From: Octopus sinensis | Taxonomy: Eukaryota | Length of the DNA stretch: 64,000 nucleotides | Assembly: GCF_006345805.1 (NCBI RefSeq) | Contig: NC_043005.1 | Span: 36,332,001-36,396,000 of the forward strand | Reading direction: 5' to 3' | Shown: positions 25,571 to 38,930 of the stretch, piece after piece | How the letters are laid out: each line of letters starts with the position of its first letter | How positions within the stretch are numbered: the first letter of the stretch is position 1 | Position numbers and translations under genes: made by a program | Notes under the pieces: generated by a model | The model's input: only the letters and a program-made list of their open reading frames with translations | What the model was told of the DNA's origin: nothing | Databases searched by the model: none

Positions 25571-25894
25571 ATTTATTATCAAAAGGTGTTATTAAATGTT
25601 GTTTAGTTTCAACTGTTGTCTTGTACTTGAGATAATCATAAATATGTGAGAGTTGAACGAAATAGTAGAAGGAGGGGAAACAGATTGCTGAATAAACTAC
25701 ATTCTACAGGTCTGTAAATAGATTCGGTAGATGGTGAGGAGATCAGCAATGGACATTCTTGTGCGATAAGGAGACAAAAGAAGCCTCGCGATCATGGGAC
25801 CAACAGAAGCGTTTACTACAACTAGCGCTCAATGAGAGCGCTGAAATTGGCCTTCAAAAAAACCAGTTCACCTTGTTCTATTTTTAATTAATTA

Positions 25895-25916
25895 ATTAAT
25901 AATAATAATATAATAA

Positions 25917-25986
<70 letters not shown>

Positions 25987-26124
25987 ATAATATATATATA
26001 TATATCACTCCATTTTATTTATATGGATAATATCATACCAAATTCTGGTGCCTTTACCTTAAGTATCATATTCATCTGAATCTTAATTTTGCGGAACTTA
26101 TATATATATATGTATCTCTCTCTC

Positions 26125-26175
<51 letters not shown>

Positions 26176-26181
26176 ATATAG

Positions 26182-26231
<50 letters not shown>

Positions 26232-26470
26232 GATATAGATTAGATATAGATATAGATTATATATATATACATATATATATATATATAATATATATATAGA
26301 TATATATATATAGATAGATATAGATATAGATATAGATATATATATATATATAATATATATAATATATATATATATAGATATAGATATATATATAGATATA
26401 TATAGATATAGATATATATACTATATATATATATATAATATATATATATGTATATCTATATCTATATCTC

Positions 26471-26553
<83 letters not shown>

Positions 26554-26580
26554 CTCTCTCTCTATATATATATATACATA
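25895..26580. repeat. (TAA)n, (TA)n, (TAGA)n, (TATC)n compound array
   Basis: Direct reading. Confidence 0.9.
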
Positions 26581-27225
26581 CACACATACTGATGTTTTCA
26601 TCGTTGAATTTCTGAATATCTTTCTTTTCTTTTTATATGTTTTGCTGTGGTTTACAGTTTTTGTAATTGTGCAGTTTGTATATATTGGCAGGTGTTTACC
26701 GCCTAAATTTTAAAAAAAATTATCGTGCATTTGTGTTGTTTCAATAAAAGGTATGTTTACATATTTGGGTAATCAAGGAGAAGAGAAAGATAAAATTTTT
26801 GCACAAAATTGTAGATATGCATTTTCGAATACTTAAGGGCAAAGGAAAGAAAGGAAAAGGAGAGTAAAATTTTCACAGAACATTGTAGATATTAAAGTTT
26901 TAAAATTTACTAAAGATGGTCTTTTTGTATATCCGAACAGAGAAAACTGAATTGTTCTAAGAATAAAAAGGGTATCTACATTTTCGAAGGCTCAGAATGC
27001 TCAAGGAGAAAGGAAATGATAGGTATTCACAGAAGTTATAGATATTAAAGATTTTAAAGCTGATCGTTTGTGCGTTCTAAAAGTGTAAATATGTAAATTT
27101 CTAATCTTCTTTTGAGGGAAATTTAAAATACTCACAAGAAATTGTAGATATTCCAGTTTTTGAGAGTTATTTTTCAGTTGTTCTGCTGGGTTGTATTAGT
27201 GTTTCTGTGTCTTCAGCTACTGCGC

Positions 27226-27259
<34 letters not shown>

Positions 27260-28817
27260 GTTGTTGTTGTTGTTATTGTCAAATTTTGCTCAAATTGTTT
27301 TGAACTTTTTGAAAGATACTTTGGACCGTACGGTACCTGAAACCCTAAAATAACAGGACGGTCACGGGTGAAACCGCTTGAGCAAAATTGCAGTAGATCG
27401 AGACTGACCTACATCTTAACAGTAACGGCAACAACAATGTAGCTAAGGAAATCACAAGTCACTCAACTTCCCAATTTGTACCCCATGCCATATTGAAAAC
27501 GCCAATTTTAATTAAGAAGTCATTTGTTACAAACACATTTTATTTTGTTTAGTACTTCTTTGAATTATTTATTATTTTTTTTTTTTCAGTTTGTTGCCGT
27601 TAATCATTGGACGGTTTACCGAATCGCGTTTTTTTAAATTAAGAATTTAATAGTTATCCTTGTGGTGTCAGGGTCCGTACATTTATAAAGATTTTGATGT
27701 ATGTAAACTTGATTACATGAGTGTGTGTATATGACATAACCTGAATACTTTATACAAACACGCTCATACACATCTGCCTCCTAGAAAATCCAAGTGTGTA
27801 TGCATTAAAGTTATAAGCAGCTTGTATGAAGCTCCAATTAGATAAAAGTACATGCGAGTTACTGTAGGCAGGTATAGCTGACTGGTTAACAAACTCACAT
27901 TGTGACGATAAGATTCCAAGTCAACTCCCACTGCATGGTACCTTTAGCAAATGTGCTTTATCATAGCGTCAGGTGGAACAAAATCTTGTGATTGAATCTG
28001 GAGAGAAGGAAACTGTGCAAAAGCCTATTGAATGGATTGTACATGTCATTCAGTGATCCACCCTTGTCACTCGGTGCGTCAGACGCATTGTGCCCGAGGA
28101 TTGCATTAAAGTTATATTTGTACATGAAATCCTCAACTATTTATATTTTAATACCATGAGATGTCAGTGTAGCTGAAGAAAAAAATGAATTAGTCATTGT
28201 CGAAATGGAGAGAGATCCATTAACTTTAATCTATCTGAGAAATTATATTCCTTCTCTTATTCACTTTACCATCTCTGTCTGCCTGCCTGTCAGTCTTTCT
28301 CATATATATGTGTGTATAAGTGTGTATAGATATATGTATATAGACGTATGTACGTGCGTATACACACAAACAGACACATACACGCACATATGTATATATA
28401 AACTTCCATAATTTACAAAATATGATCAAAACAGATTCCTACAACAAATGATTAAGTTTTTTGCATGTATACTTGCATCTATTGGTATGCAGATATTATA
28501 TATATATATTATGCTTTTGCTTGTAATTCCATGATTGCATAGTAAATATGCACAGCCTCACACACGCGCATACGTATATGCACACATATATACACGCATT
28601 AACAAGAACATTTATGCGGATAGACGCACGTAACAAAATCACCATTCTCTCTTTCTCTTTCTCTCTCTCTTTCTTTCTTTAGATATATGTGTGTGAGTGT
28701 TTGTGTGTGTGTTTATGTGTGTGAATATTTATATAAGTTTGTATGTATGAATGCATGTGTGTATATATATATATGTGTGTGTGTGTATGTATGTATGTAT
28801 GTATGTGTGTCTGTTTC

Positions 28818-28879
<62 letters not shown>

Positions 28880-29381
28880 GTATTACACAGAGCTGTCATT
28901 AGACTCCAATAAGTTAATGTGGAAATGTGCACATGTGTTATTTCTAAAACAGTTTTCTTCTTGAAGAAATCGTAATTACCCACCGCTAACCTCCTCACAA
29001 GCACTCCCACCTCTCTACGTCTTCTCCTATTCTCCTGTCTCTTTCCCTCTTCTGTCTCCCCTTCACCTCTTACTCTTGTATTTCACTTTCGCTCTCAACA
29101 TTCCATCTTTCATTTATGTCTTGTTTTGTCATTTCTCTGCCACGTTTCATACTATCACACCTTTCTCCATTGCCTTTGTACCTGTCTGCCTATTTACCTG
29201 TCCGTTTGTCTACCTGTCTGTTTGTCTGTCTTTCTACCTTCTCCCCCACCGCTGTATTCACACATGTCTCTCTTACGCTTTTCGACTATTTGTCATCCCC
29301 GCACATACAATCAGTTTTGTCAGTCCGTCTGTTTGAGTGTCTGTATGTGTGTTTATGTATGTATGTATGTATATATGTATG

Positions 29382-29415
<34 letters not shown>

Positions 29416-29899
29416 TGCATGTATGCATACATGTGTATGTATGTTTGTATGCATGTATGTATGTGCATATGTATGTATGCAAATATGTATGTATATATGC
29501 GTGTATGTATGTATGTGTGTATAAGTTCCATATATGTATGCCGTATATTCTGTATGTATACTCGTATGTAATGTATCATTCTGTATCTGTATGCATAACA
29601 CATATATGCATATATGTGTGTATATATTTATGTATATGTGTGTATATATTTATGTATATGTGTTTATACATTTATATAGAAATATATATGTGTGTGTGTG
29701 TGTTTATATATTTATGTGCATATTTGTGTATGTATGCATGTTGTATGTATTTATGTATTTAGTTATATGTTGAATTTATTAATGAATGTAATGCATATCC
29801 GTAGATAAGCATGTATGTATGTAAATGTATGTTTGTATATATCATTTCATGTGAGTTGCATACATGTATGTATATTGTATGTACTGTTCTCCCTCTGTC

Positions 29900-29965
<66 letters not shown>

Positions 29966-29974
29966 CATCCATCC

Positions 29975-30017
<43 letters not shown>

Positions 30018-30084
30018 ATCTACCTATCTACCTGCCTACTCATCTGTCTGTCTGTCTCTTTGTCTGTCTTTCAGTGTCTACCAG

Positions 30085-30182
<98 letters not shown>

Positions 30183-30249
30183 ATCTACCTATCTACCTGC
30201 CTACTCATCTGTCTGTCTGTCTCTTTGTCTGTCTTTCAGTGTCTACCAG

Positions 30250-30321
<72 letters not shown>

Positions 30322-30338
30322 CCTACCAACCTACCTAC

Positions 30339-30406
<68 letters not shown>

Positions 30407-30450
30407 TTATCGATCGATCTATCGATCTGTCTGTCTGTCTGTCTCTCTGT
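29900..30450. repeat. (TATC)n array containing a duplicated 165-bp unit
   Basis: Interruption tcatctacctatctacctgcctactcatctgtc...cagtgtctaccag occurs at 30016 and 30181. Confidence 0.9.
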
Positions 30451-31390
30451 CTGTCTAGACACATTCCCAAACGCGCGCGCACACACGTTTTCCTACTGTT
30501 ATTCTTTCTCTTCCTTTCTGTCTTTTCTATATCCTCTCTCTCTCTCTCTCTTTCTTCCTCTCGGTCTCTCTGTTTCTGTCTTTCTGTGTCTCTTATTAGC
30601 CATTTCTTTCTCTCTAATTCTAAACGAACCTCTTTGCACCTTCCATTACTCTCTCTCTCTCTCTCTCGCCTCACTTCTCTTTCTCTCCCACGCTCTCTCT
30701 CCTCAATCTTATTGTCTTTTTTTCTCTCTACCTGCTCATGTTTATTCTCAACTATTTTGCTACATGAACGCACATCTACACCTCACAAATACAAACAGAA
30801 CGACTGAGAACAGAGTCATTTTTTTTTTTTTTGCTTTTTGTTTATTTCTCCCACTGAAGTCGTGATAAAAGAGAAAAGAACTAGTACAAATTAGTGATAC
30901 TAATCACAGACATATATAGATATATACATCCGTGCGGCACAGACACACATGAGAGGTGTATGTTTACATGTGTCTATCGAGATGTGCATATATATATATA
31001 CATATATATATATGTATATGTATATATGTATATATATATACATATATACATATATACATATATACATATATACATATATACATATATACATATAAATATA
31101 TACGTATATATATATATATATATGTATATACATATGTACGTAGATATTTAGATATATAAATATATACTATATATATGTATGTATGTATATATGTATATAT
31201 GCATGTATGTATGTATGTATGTATATACGCATATATAGATATATATACACACATGTGAATGTATATGGGTGTGTGTGAGTGTTTGTGTTCATATTTGCGG
31301 GAGAAAAATGTTTCGGCAGAGAGTTACAGAGACAAATAACAAACAGTGAAGCAGAGCCAGCTAGTCAGACAGATTGAATCGGAGACAAAG

Positions 31391-31481
<91 letters not shown>

Positions 31482-32454
31482 GGGAGAAAGAGATTTAGAA
31501 AAAATTAGATACATCTAAACGGAGAGAGAAATAGATAGAACCAGTCACAGATAGACTGAACAAGGGAGAAGCAATCATATAAATACAATGCGATGGACAG
31601 AGAAATAGACAGAACCAGATAGTCGTCTGCCTATCAAATAAAGACATATACAGATATAGACAAATGTGTATTAGATAGACAAAGACAGACGGGCAGATAG
31701 ACAGACAAAGGTCTGTCAGATTGACAGAGATAGATAGATAAATGTGTATCAGGTACACAGTGACAGATAGACAAATGTGTTTCAAGTAGACAGACGGAAA
31801 GGAAAAATTATAACAGCAATATAATCAATCTGTCAGAGTGAGAAATAGAAAGAAGTTACGATGTTAAGGTGTTTTGTATTGAATATCTGTTTATGATAAC
31901 AAAAAGACGAAATTCGCGCCAAACCGAATAAGATTTGCTTTATCAGGAACATGGTGTTAGGCGTCAAGTCGATAAGGCGATTAACAATAGCTAGCTCGAA
32001 GGTTCGTATCCTGAAATGTGGGACTGTTGATAGGCTGAGTTTGTAACTACAAAAACACTTGACTCCCAAACAACCCGTCTATTTAGTTATGAATGATTAC
32101 TGCATGGTGGAGGCAATACACCGTTGGTAGAAAATGTAGTAATGTAGTAAAGATGAGTGTTTTGGTGACTTGTTGGAGGCGTGGGGGAGAAGGAAGCTTG
32201 AAATGGCTTCAACACGACTAAAGTTTCTTTTTTTTCTATAAAAAGACGACGTTTTGTTTAGTAATAACCCTAAATCCCAGTGGAGTTTTGAATCGTTTTT
32301 ACTATAACTCTATGTTACACAGTGTAGGTGTTTAAAAGAAGTTACTGACATCGTAGGTTTTCCCTAGGAAACGCAGCTAAATAGTCCCCTGTTAATTTCC
32401 TAAGAAAGTTTCTTAGAAGTAACTGGTTTGGTTACTGCAGTCTTAGATACCTTA

Positions 32455-32490
32455 TGCTATAATAATAATCATAATAATAATAATAATAAT

Positions 32491-32550
<60 letters not shown>

Positions 32551-32551
32551 C

Positions 32552-32621
<70 letters not shown>

Positions 32622-32640
32622 CAATAATAATAATAACAAT
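32455..32640. repeat. (TAA)n array
   Basis: Direct reading. Confidence 0.95.
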
Positions 32641-33123
32641 AATTGGTAGACATCAGTTATTATTTATTGATTACAAAAAGACTATCTCATCTAACAGATG
32701 TTTCTGTTTGCGCTATTTTGGGTATAATCAGGCTTAATTATTACAATAATAATAATTATCACTGTTAATAATTTTACCATTTAAACAGTGGAACATCATC
32801 AGAGCGGAAAAATAAAGAAAAAAACAAAAAAAAGAAAAAGAAGGAGAAAAAGAGAAAATTAGGATATACCAATTGATGTTACATGCTATCCCTCTGAATA
32901 CCTTTCGACCGACTGAAAAATTTAGTTATACAATTAGAATAGTTATAATATTTAGTTGTACATACCTATCTACAAGGTAGGGTTAACTGTTATCATATTA
33001 AGTTCTGTAACTCTCGGTATTTTTCTTTTTACTTTTTATTTAACGACTTAACTAAAATGCGCCAACAAAAATGCTCCAACAGAAACAGCCGTTAGAGGAT
33101 TGTAATCAATAAACAATAATTGA

Positions 33124-33465
33124 TACTCTTTTACTCTTTTACTCTTTTACTGGTTTCAGTCATTTGACTGCGGCCATGCTGGAGCACCGCCTTTAGTCGA
33201 GCAAATCGACCCCAGCACTTATTCTTTGTAAGCCCAGTACTTATTCTATCGGTCTCTTTTGCCGAACCGCTAAGTGACGGGGACGTAAACACACCAGCAT
33301 CGGTTGTCAAGCAATGCTAGGGGGACAGACACAGACACACACAAACACACACACATATATATATATACATATATACGACAGGCTTCTTTCAGTTTCCGTC
33401 TACCAAATCCACTCACAAGGCATTGGTCGGCCCGGGGCTATAGCAGAAGACACTTGCCCAAGATG
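33124..33465 (-). mobile_element. SINE S1 copy, tRNA head truncated
   Basis: Near-identical to the body and tail of 4682-5103. Confidence 0.9.
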
Positions 33466-33570
33466 GTTATCAATTATCAATTTTATCTCCAGTTTCTTAT
33501 TTTTTCTTAAATATAGATAAACTTCGGTTTAGCCCTTTCCTTACCTATCATTTATAAGCATTAATACTAA

Positions 33571-34080
33571 CTAGCAAATCTACCCATCTACGATGGAGGC
33601 ATAAAATGAAGGAGGGAAGTCATAACAGCAGTATGTATTGAAAAATGTGTAAATCGATTTTAATATGAATATGATTACAAAACTTCTTTGTAGACGATAT
33701 TTTGTGTGTGGTTGACACTAATTTTCAAATTATTGGAGTCTGTTGCTCTGCTCATAGCGACGTATAACTGGCTGTGTGTAAACATTGGAGTGGGCAAAAA
33801 TGCATCTACACGATCTAAAGTCTGGACCTGTGCCTTGTTTGCTGTAAATGAGAATACCAGTTTTACAGGAAACTACACTTGTCTTGATTTTCGGCGAGCT
33901 AGAGTGTTCCGTATCGCTTCCGAAGCTGTTACTTGAGAATTTTTGCGTGTTACTTGGTGAGCTAGTGTCCCAACTCTGTTCCGAAGCTCTTACTTGAGGA
34001 TTTCTTTGTTATTTGGCGAGCTAGCTATCCCTGCTCTGTTCTGATGCTCTCACTTCTATATTACAGCTAATTCTGTAATA
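33571..34080 (-). mobile_element. Internally deleted Helitron
   Basis: 3' hairpin ccatcgtagatgg then tagatttgCTAG|T (CTAG at 33571-33574); helicase C-terminus at 33675-33872; about 60-bp repeats encoding VRASEQ units upstream. The 5' end was not located. Confidence 0.8.
33675..33872 (-). pseudogene. Helitron PIF1-type helicase C-terminal 65 aa
   Basis: FPVKLVFSFTANKAQVQTLDRVDAFLPTPMFTHSQLYVAMSRA...TQNIVYKEVL* matches QFPVRLAFAMTINKSQGQTL...FSHGQLYVALSRV...NIVY.EVL. Not in the ORF track because it has no start codon. Confidence 0.85.
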
Positions 34081-34663
34081 TGCTGTGTCCGTTTGGCAGT
34101 CTCATATGAAAGAGTTTGGACGACATTATGAATTGTCAATGGTGTTGACGTTACACATTGAGGTAACATATTCTGGTAGCATGTAAGTCAGAGATATGCT
34201 GCCGAGAGAGATAACGCAGCTGTTTTAATTGTTCTCTTCCTCTTGTTCCTCCTCTCCGTGTTGCTCCTCGTCGTCGTCGTCATCGTTGTCCTCCTCCTCC
34301 TCCTCCTCCTCCTCCTCCTCCCCTTCCCCTTCCTGTTCCACCTGTTCCTGCTTCTGCTGCCGCCCTTGCTGTTCCTACTCCTTCCGATTTGTATTTCATC
34401 CATGCATTGTCTCTAATGATCTTTAGCCTTTGTGGCAAATAAGTAGACACTTCCATTTTCGGTCAGTTTCTCAGTGGCTTCCTTCGAGACCCACTTGGAA
34501 TGGAAAGTGACGATGGAGAGGAAAATGCTCTCCTTCACAAGGGTTTGTGGTGGTCAGAGTCATTTAACTTTGTAGGGTTCTTTCATTGGCACTATTTGAG
34601 GGTTCTCGACAAATAATTAGGGTCTCTTCTTCTCTTCTTCTTCTTCTTCTTCTTCTTCTTCTT

Positions 34664-34746
<83 letters not shown>

Positions 34747-34802
34747 CATTATTATTATCATTATTATTATTATTATCATTATTATTATTATTATTATTAT
34801 TA

Positions 34803-34839
<37 letters not shown>

Positions 34840-34850
34840 CATCATTATTT

Positions 34851-35067
34851 AGTGAAAGAGCAGCGCATGATATCAAAGAGACAAATATACAAAACCCAGT
34901 ATTCCCATCATGACAACCCGTCCGATAAGGATACACCAGGCGCATGCATCACAAACATATGTGCGCGAGATGGTGACTTCATATAAAGATAAATAGCGCA
35001 TTACCTTGTAGGTGGAGTCCAGTTAGAATTTTTTTCATGTTGAGAAGCGTATTCCACTCAAAATGTC

Positions 35068-35068
<1 letters not shown>
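34851..35068 (-). mobile_element. A element 3' fragment (copy A1)
   Basis: Almost identical to 35257-35473 and 38179-38395, with the same breakpoints. Confidence 0.8.
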
Positions 35069-35156
<88 letters not shown>

Positions 35157-35199
35157 TTATTATTATCATTATTATATTATTATCATTATTATTATATTA

Positions 35200-35245
<46 letters not shown>

Positions 35246-35256
35246 CATCATTATTT

Positions 35257-35472
35257 AGTGAAAGAGCAGCGCATGATATCAAGAGACAAATATACAAAAC
35301 CCAGTATTCCCATCATGACAACCCGTCCGATAAGGATACACCAGGCGCATGCATCACAAACATATGTGCGCGAGATGGTGACTTCATATAAAGATAAATA
35401 GCGCATTACCTTGTAGGTGGAGTCCAGTTAGAATTTTTTTCATGTTGAGAAGCGTATTCCACTCAAAATGTC

Positions 35473-35473
<1 letters not shown>
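35257..35473 (-). mobile_element. A element 3' fragment (copy A2)
   Basis: Differs from A1 by one A. Confidence 0.8.
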
Positions 35474-35541
<68 letters not shown>

Positions 35542-35545
<4 letters not shown>

Positions 35546-38083
35546 TAGTTTTATTTTTGTAGCGTGCTTTAACTTCACTACCGAGCGCAGCTCTGTGTGC
35601 TGTGATTTGTTGTGATGCTCTGATGGTTATTGTATGGAAAGTGTTCTGCGTAGGATGTGTGCAGTGCCTAGTAGTGCAATTTTCTGTATGTTATATGTGT
35701 TTGTAAGTCCTGGTGTTTTGTTATGTATTTTTCTGAATATTTTTTTATCATGCCTAATGCACCTACTATGATAGGAATTGTTTCTGTTTTCAGATTCCAC
35801 ATTCTAGTTACCTCTATTTCCAGGTCTTTGTATTTTGAGAATTTCTCCATTTCTTTTAGAGGCACGTTGTCATCTGCCGGTACTGATACATCAATTAGAA
35901 AGCATTTTTTTTCTTCATGGTCTCTGACAACTATATCTGGTCTGTTGGCCTTAATTTCTCTATCTGTGTGTATCGGCATATCCCAGAGTATGGTTGCTTT
36001 CTCGTTTTCTGTGACCTTTTCTGGTGTGTGCCTATACCATCTTTTTTCTGTTGTTATTCCATAATGTTGGCATAGCTTCCAATGTATGTAAGTTCCAACT
36101 CTGTCATGTCTGTGAATATATTCCTTCTTAGCCAGGACTGGGCAGCTAGAGATAATATGATTTATTGTTTCTTGTCCATCTCCACATATTCTGCAGTTAC
36201 TTGTAATATTTCTTTTCATTACATGTTTTTGGTAATTTCTGGTGGGGAGGCTTTGGTCTTGTGCTGCAATCAAAAATCCCTCTGTTTCTGCTTTGAGTCT
36301 TGAGCTTCTCAACATTGCTGGGATTTTTCTTTGTCTATTTCTTTTGCGTTTAGTTAGTCCAGTATTTACCATGAAGGGGCTTTTCTTGCCATCGTTTTAT
36401 CATGGTTCGTTGCTGTTCTATTTTTAGTTTGGATTTCATTTTTTTTATAGCTTTTGTTGTTTCTTCATCTTCTTCTTCTTCTTCATGTTTATTAGGTGGT
36501 ATGATTTCTTGTTTGTATTTGTCAGCTTCCTTAAATACTGAGAACAGTTTTTTGTTTTGCTCGTGTTTTGCCGCTATCTGGATCAGTTTTCCTTCCTTCT
36601 GAAGTAGATATTTTTGCAGTCCTATGGTGGTTATTTTATAGTAGTTTTCCAGCTGTATAAGGCCTCTACCACCGTCTATACGTTGTATATATAGTCTTTC
36701 TATGTCAGATTTTGGGTGATGCATCCTCGATCCTGTCATTATTTTTCTTGTTTTCCTGTCTATTTTGGTCAGTTCATTTCGTGTCCAGTTAAGGATATTG
36801 TAGCTGTAACTTATAACTGGGACAGCTAAAGTGTTGATACCTATTATCTTGTTTTTAGCATTCAGCTCTGTGTTTAGTATTGATCTAACTCGTCTATAAT
36901 ATTCTTTTTTTATTTTCTCTTTCATTTGTGTGTGTTGTGTCTTATCTAGTTCATGGATTCCTAAGTATTTGTAAGTTTGGCTTTGGTCTAATTCTTTTAT
37001 TTCATTGCTTCATCTAGTGTGATGTTGTTACTCTTAACTAGTTTTCCTCTTTTCATGGTTACTTTGGCGCATTTTTCTAATCCAAATTTCATACCTATTT
37101 CTTTGGTAAATCCATGAACTGTCTTTAATAGTGTTTCCAGCTGTTTGTCATTTGCAGCGTATAGTTTTAGGTCATCCATATATAAAAGGTGGCTGATCGT
37201 TTTGCCGTAACATTTATATCCGCATCCAGTTCTATTTAGCATATCAGATAGAGGTGACAGTGCCAAGCAGAAAAGGAGTGGAGAGAGCGTATCTCCCTGG
37301 AATATTCCTCTTCTAATGGGGATGTCTTTGGTTTTCATGAGTCCCTCTTTTGTTTGGAGGTGTAGGACTAGTTGCCATTTATTCATAGAGTGCTCTATGA
37401 ATTTTATGATTGTTGGTGCTACTTTGTTAATGGCTAGTGTTTCGAGGATCCATGTGTGGGGGATGCTATCAAACGCCTTTTTGTAGTCAATCCAGGCCAT
37501 ACTGAGGCCTTTCTTCTTTCTGTGGCTGTCTTCAGTTATGGCTTTATTAATCATTAGTTGATCTTTACAGCCATATGAGCCTTTGCGGCATCCTTTCTGC
37601 TCTTCTGGGAACAGTTTGTTTTCGTCCAGGTGCTTGTTCAGCTTTTGTGATATCACTGCAGTAAATGCCTTGAACATAGTAGGGAGGCAGGTTATTGGTC
37701 TGTAGTTTTCTGGTTTTTCTGTTTCATTTGATTTGGGAATTAAGATGGTTTTCCCCTTCGTGAGCCATTCAGGCATTGTCTCTGGCTCTGCTAGTACGTT
37801 GTTAAAGTTTTCAGCCAGCTTTTTGTGCATTCCTGTTAGATATTTCAACCAGAAGTTGGGGATCTTGTCATGCCCAGGTGCCTTCCAGTTGCTTAGTCTT
37901 TGCAGTGCCTGGGTGACCTCTTCAGTTGTTATGGGGGTCCAAATTTGTTCAGATGCCGAGTTTGTTATTTTGATACTCCTTTTTTTTGGTGGTTCGTTCG
38001 CCGACCATATTTCTCCCCAGAATTCTTCCAATTCTTCTGCCGTTGGTGCTGCAGTGACTTCTATTTTATTTTTGCCCAGTTCT
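35542..38083 (-). mobile_element. R4/Dong-clade LINE family D1, 5'-truncated, 2.5 kb
   Basis: ORF pieces 36997-38031, 36350-36925 and 35668-36372: RT GIFQGDTLSPLLF, YMDDLK; CRICGDGQETINHIISSC; RPDIVV...IDVS...EKFSKY; 3' end in (TAA)n, 5' junction in (GAA)n. Confidence 0.92.
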
Positions 38084-38114
38084 TCTTCTTCTTCTTCTTC
38101 TTCTTCTTCTTCTT

Positions 38115-38145
<31 letters not shown>

Positions 38146-38178
38146 TTATTATTATTATTATTATTATTATCATTATTT

Positions 38179-38394
38179 AGTGAAAGAGCAGCGCATGATA
38201 TCAAAGAGACAAATATACAAAACCCAGTATACCCATCATGACAACCCGTCCGATAAGGATACACCAGGCGCATGCATCACAAACATATGTGCGCGAGATG
38301 GTGACTTCATATAAAGATAAATAGCGCATTACCTTGTAGGTGGAGTCCAGTTAGAATTTTTTCATGTTGAGAAGCGTATTCCACTCAAAATGTC

Positions 38395-38395
<1 letters not shown>
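38179..38395 (-). mobile_element. A element 3' fragment (copy A3)
   Basis: One substitution and one T-run indel versus A1. Confidence 0.8.
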
Positions 38396-38456
<61 letters not shown>

Positions 38457-38468
38457 TATTATTATTAT

Positions 38469-38880
38469 TCAGTAGTTTTATTTTTGTAGCGTGCTTTAAC
38501 TTCACTACCGAGCGCAGCTCTGTGTGCTGTGATTTGTTGTGATGCTCTGATGGTTATTGTATGGAAAGTGTTCTGCGTAGGATGTGTGCAGTGCCTAGTA
38601 GTGCAATTTTCTGTATGTTATATGTGTTTGTAAGTCCTGGTGTTTTTGTTATGTATTTTTCTGAATATTTTTTTATCATGCCTAATGCACCTACTATGAT
38701 AGGAATTGTTTCTGTTTTCAGATTCCACATTCTAGTTACCTCTATTTCCAGGTCTTTGTATTTTGAGAGTTTCTCCATTTCTTTTAGAGACACGTTGTCA
38801 TCAGCCGGTATTGATACATCAATTAGAAAGCATTTTTTTTCTTCATGATCTCTGACAACTGTATCTGGTCTGTTGGCCTT
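38469..38880 (-). mobile_element. D1 3' fragment (nuclease end and 3' UTR)
   Basis: KANRPDTVV...LRRTLSIQ*; (TAA)n on both sides. Confidence 0.9.
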
Positions 38881-38889
38881 TATTATTAC

Positions 38890-38930
<41 letters not shown>

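Noticed and set aside
32690-32805. Minus-strand CTGATGA...GAAACATCTGTT with a long insert
   Set aside because: Helix I has only 2 bp and the ~85-nt AT-rich insert allows chance pairing.
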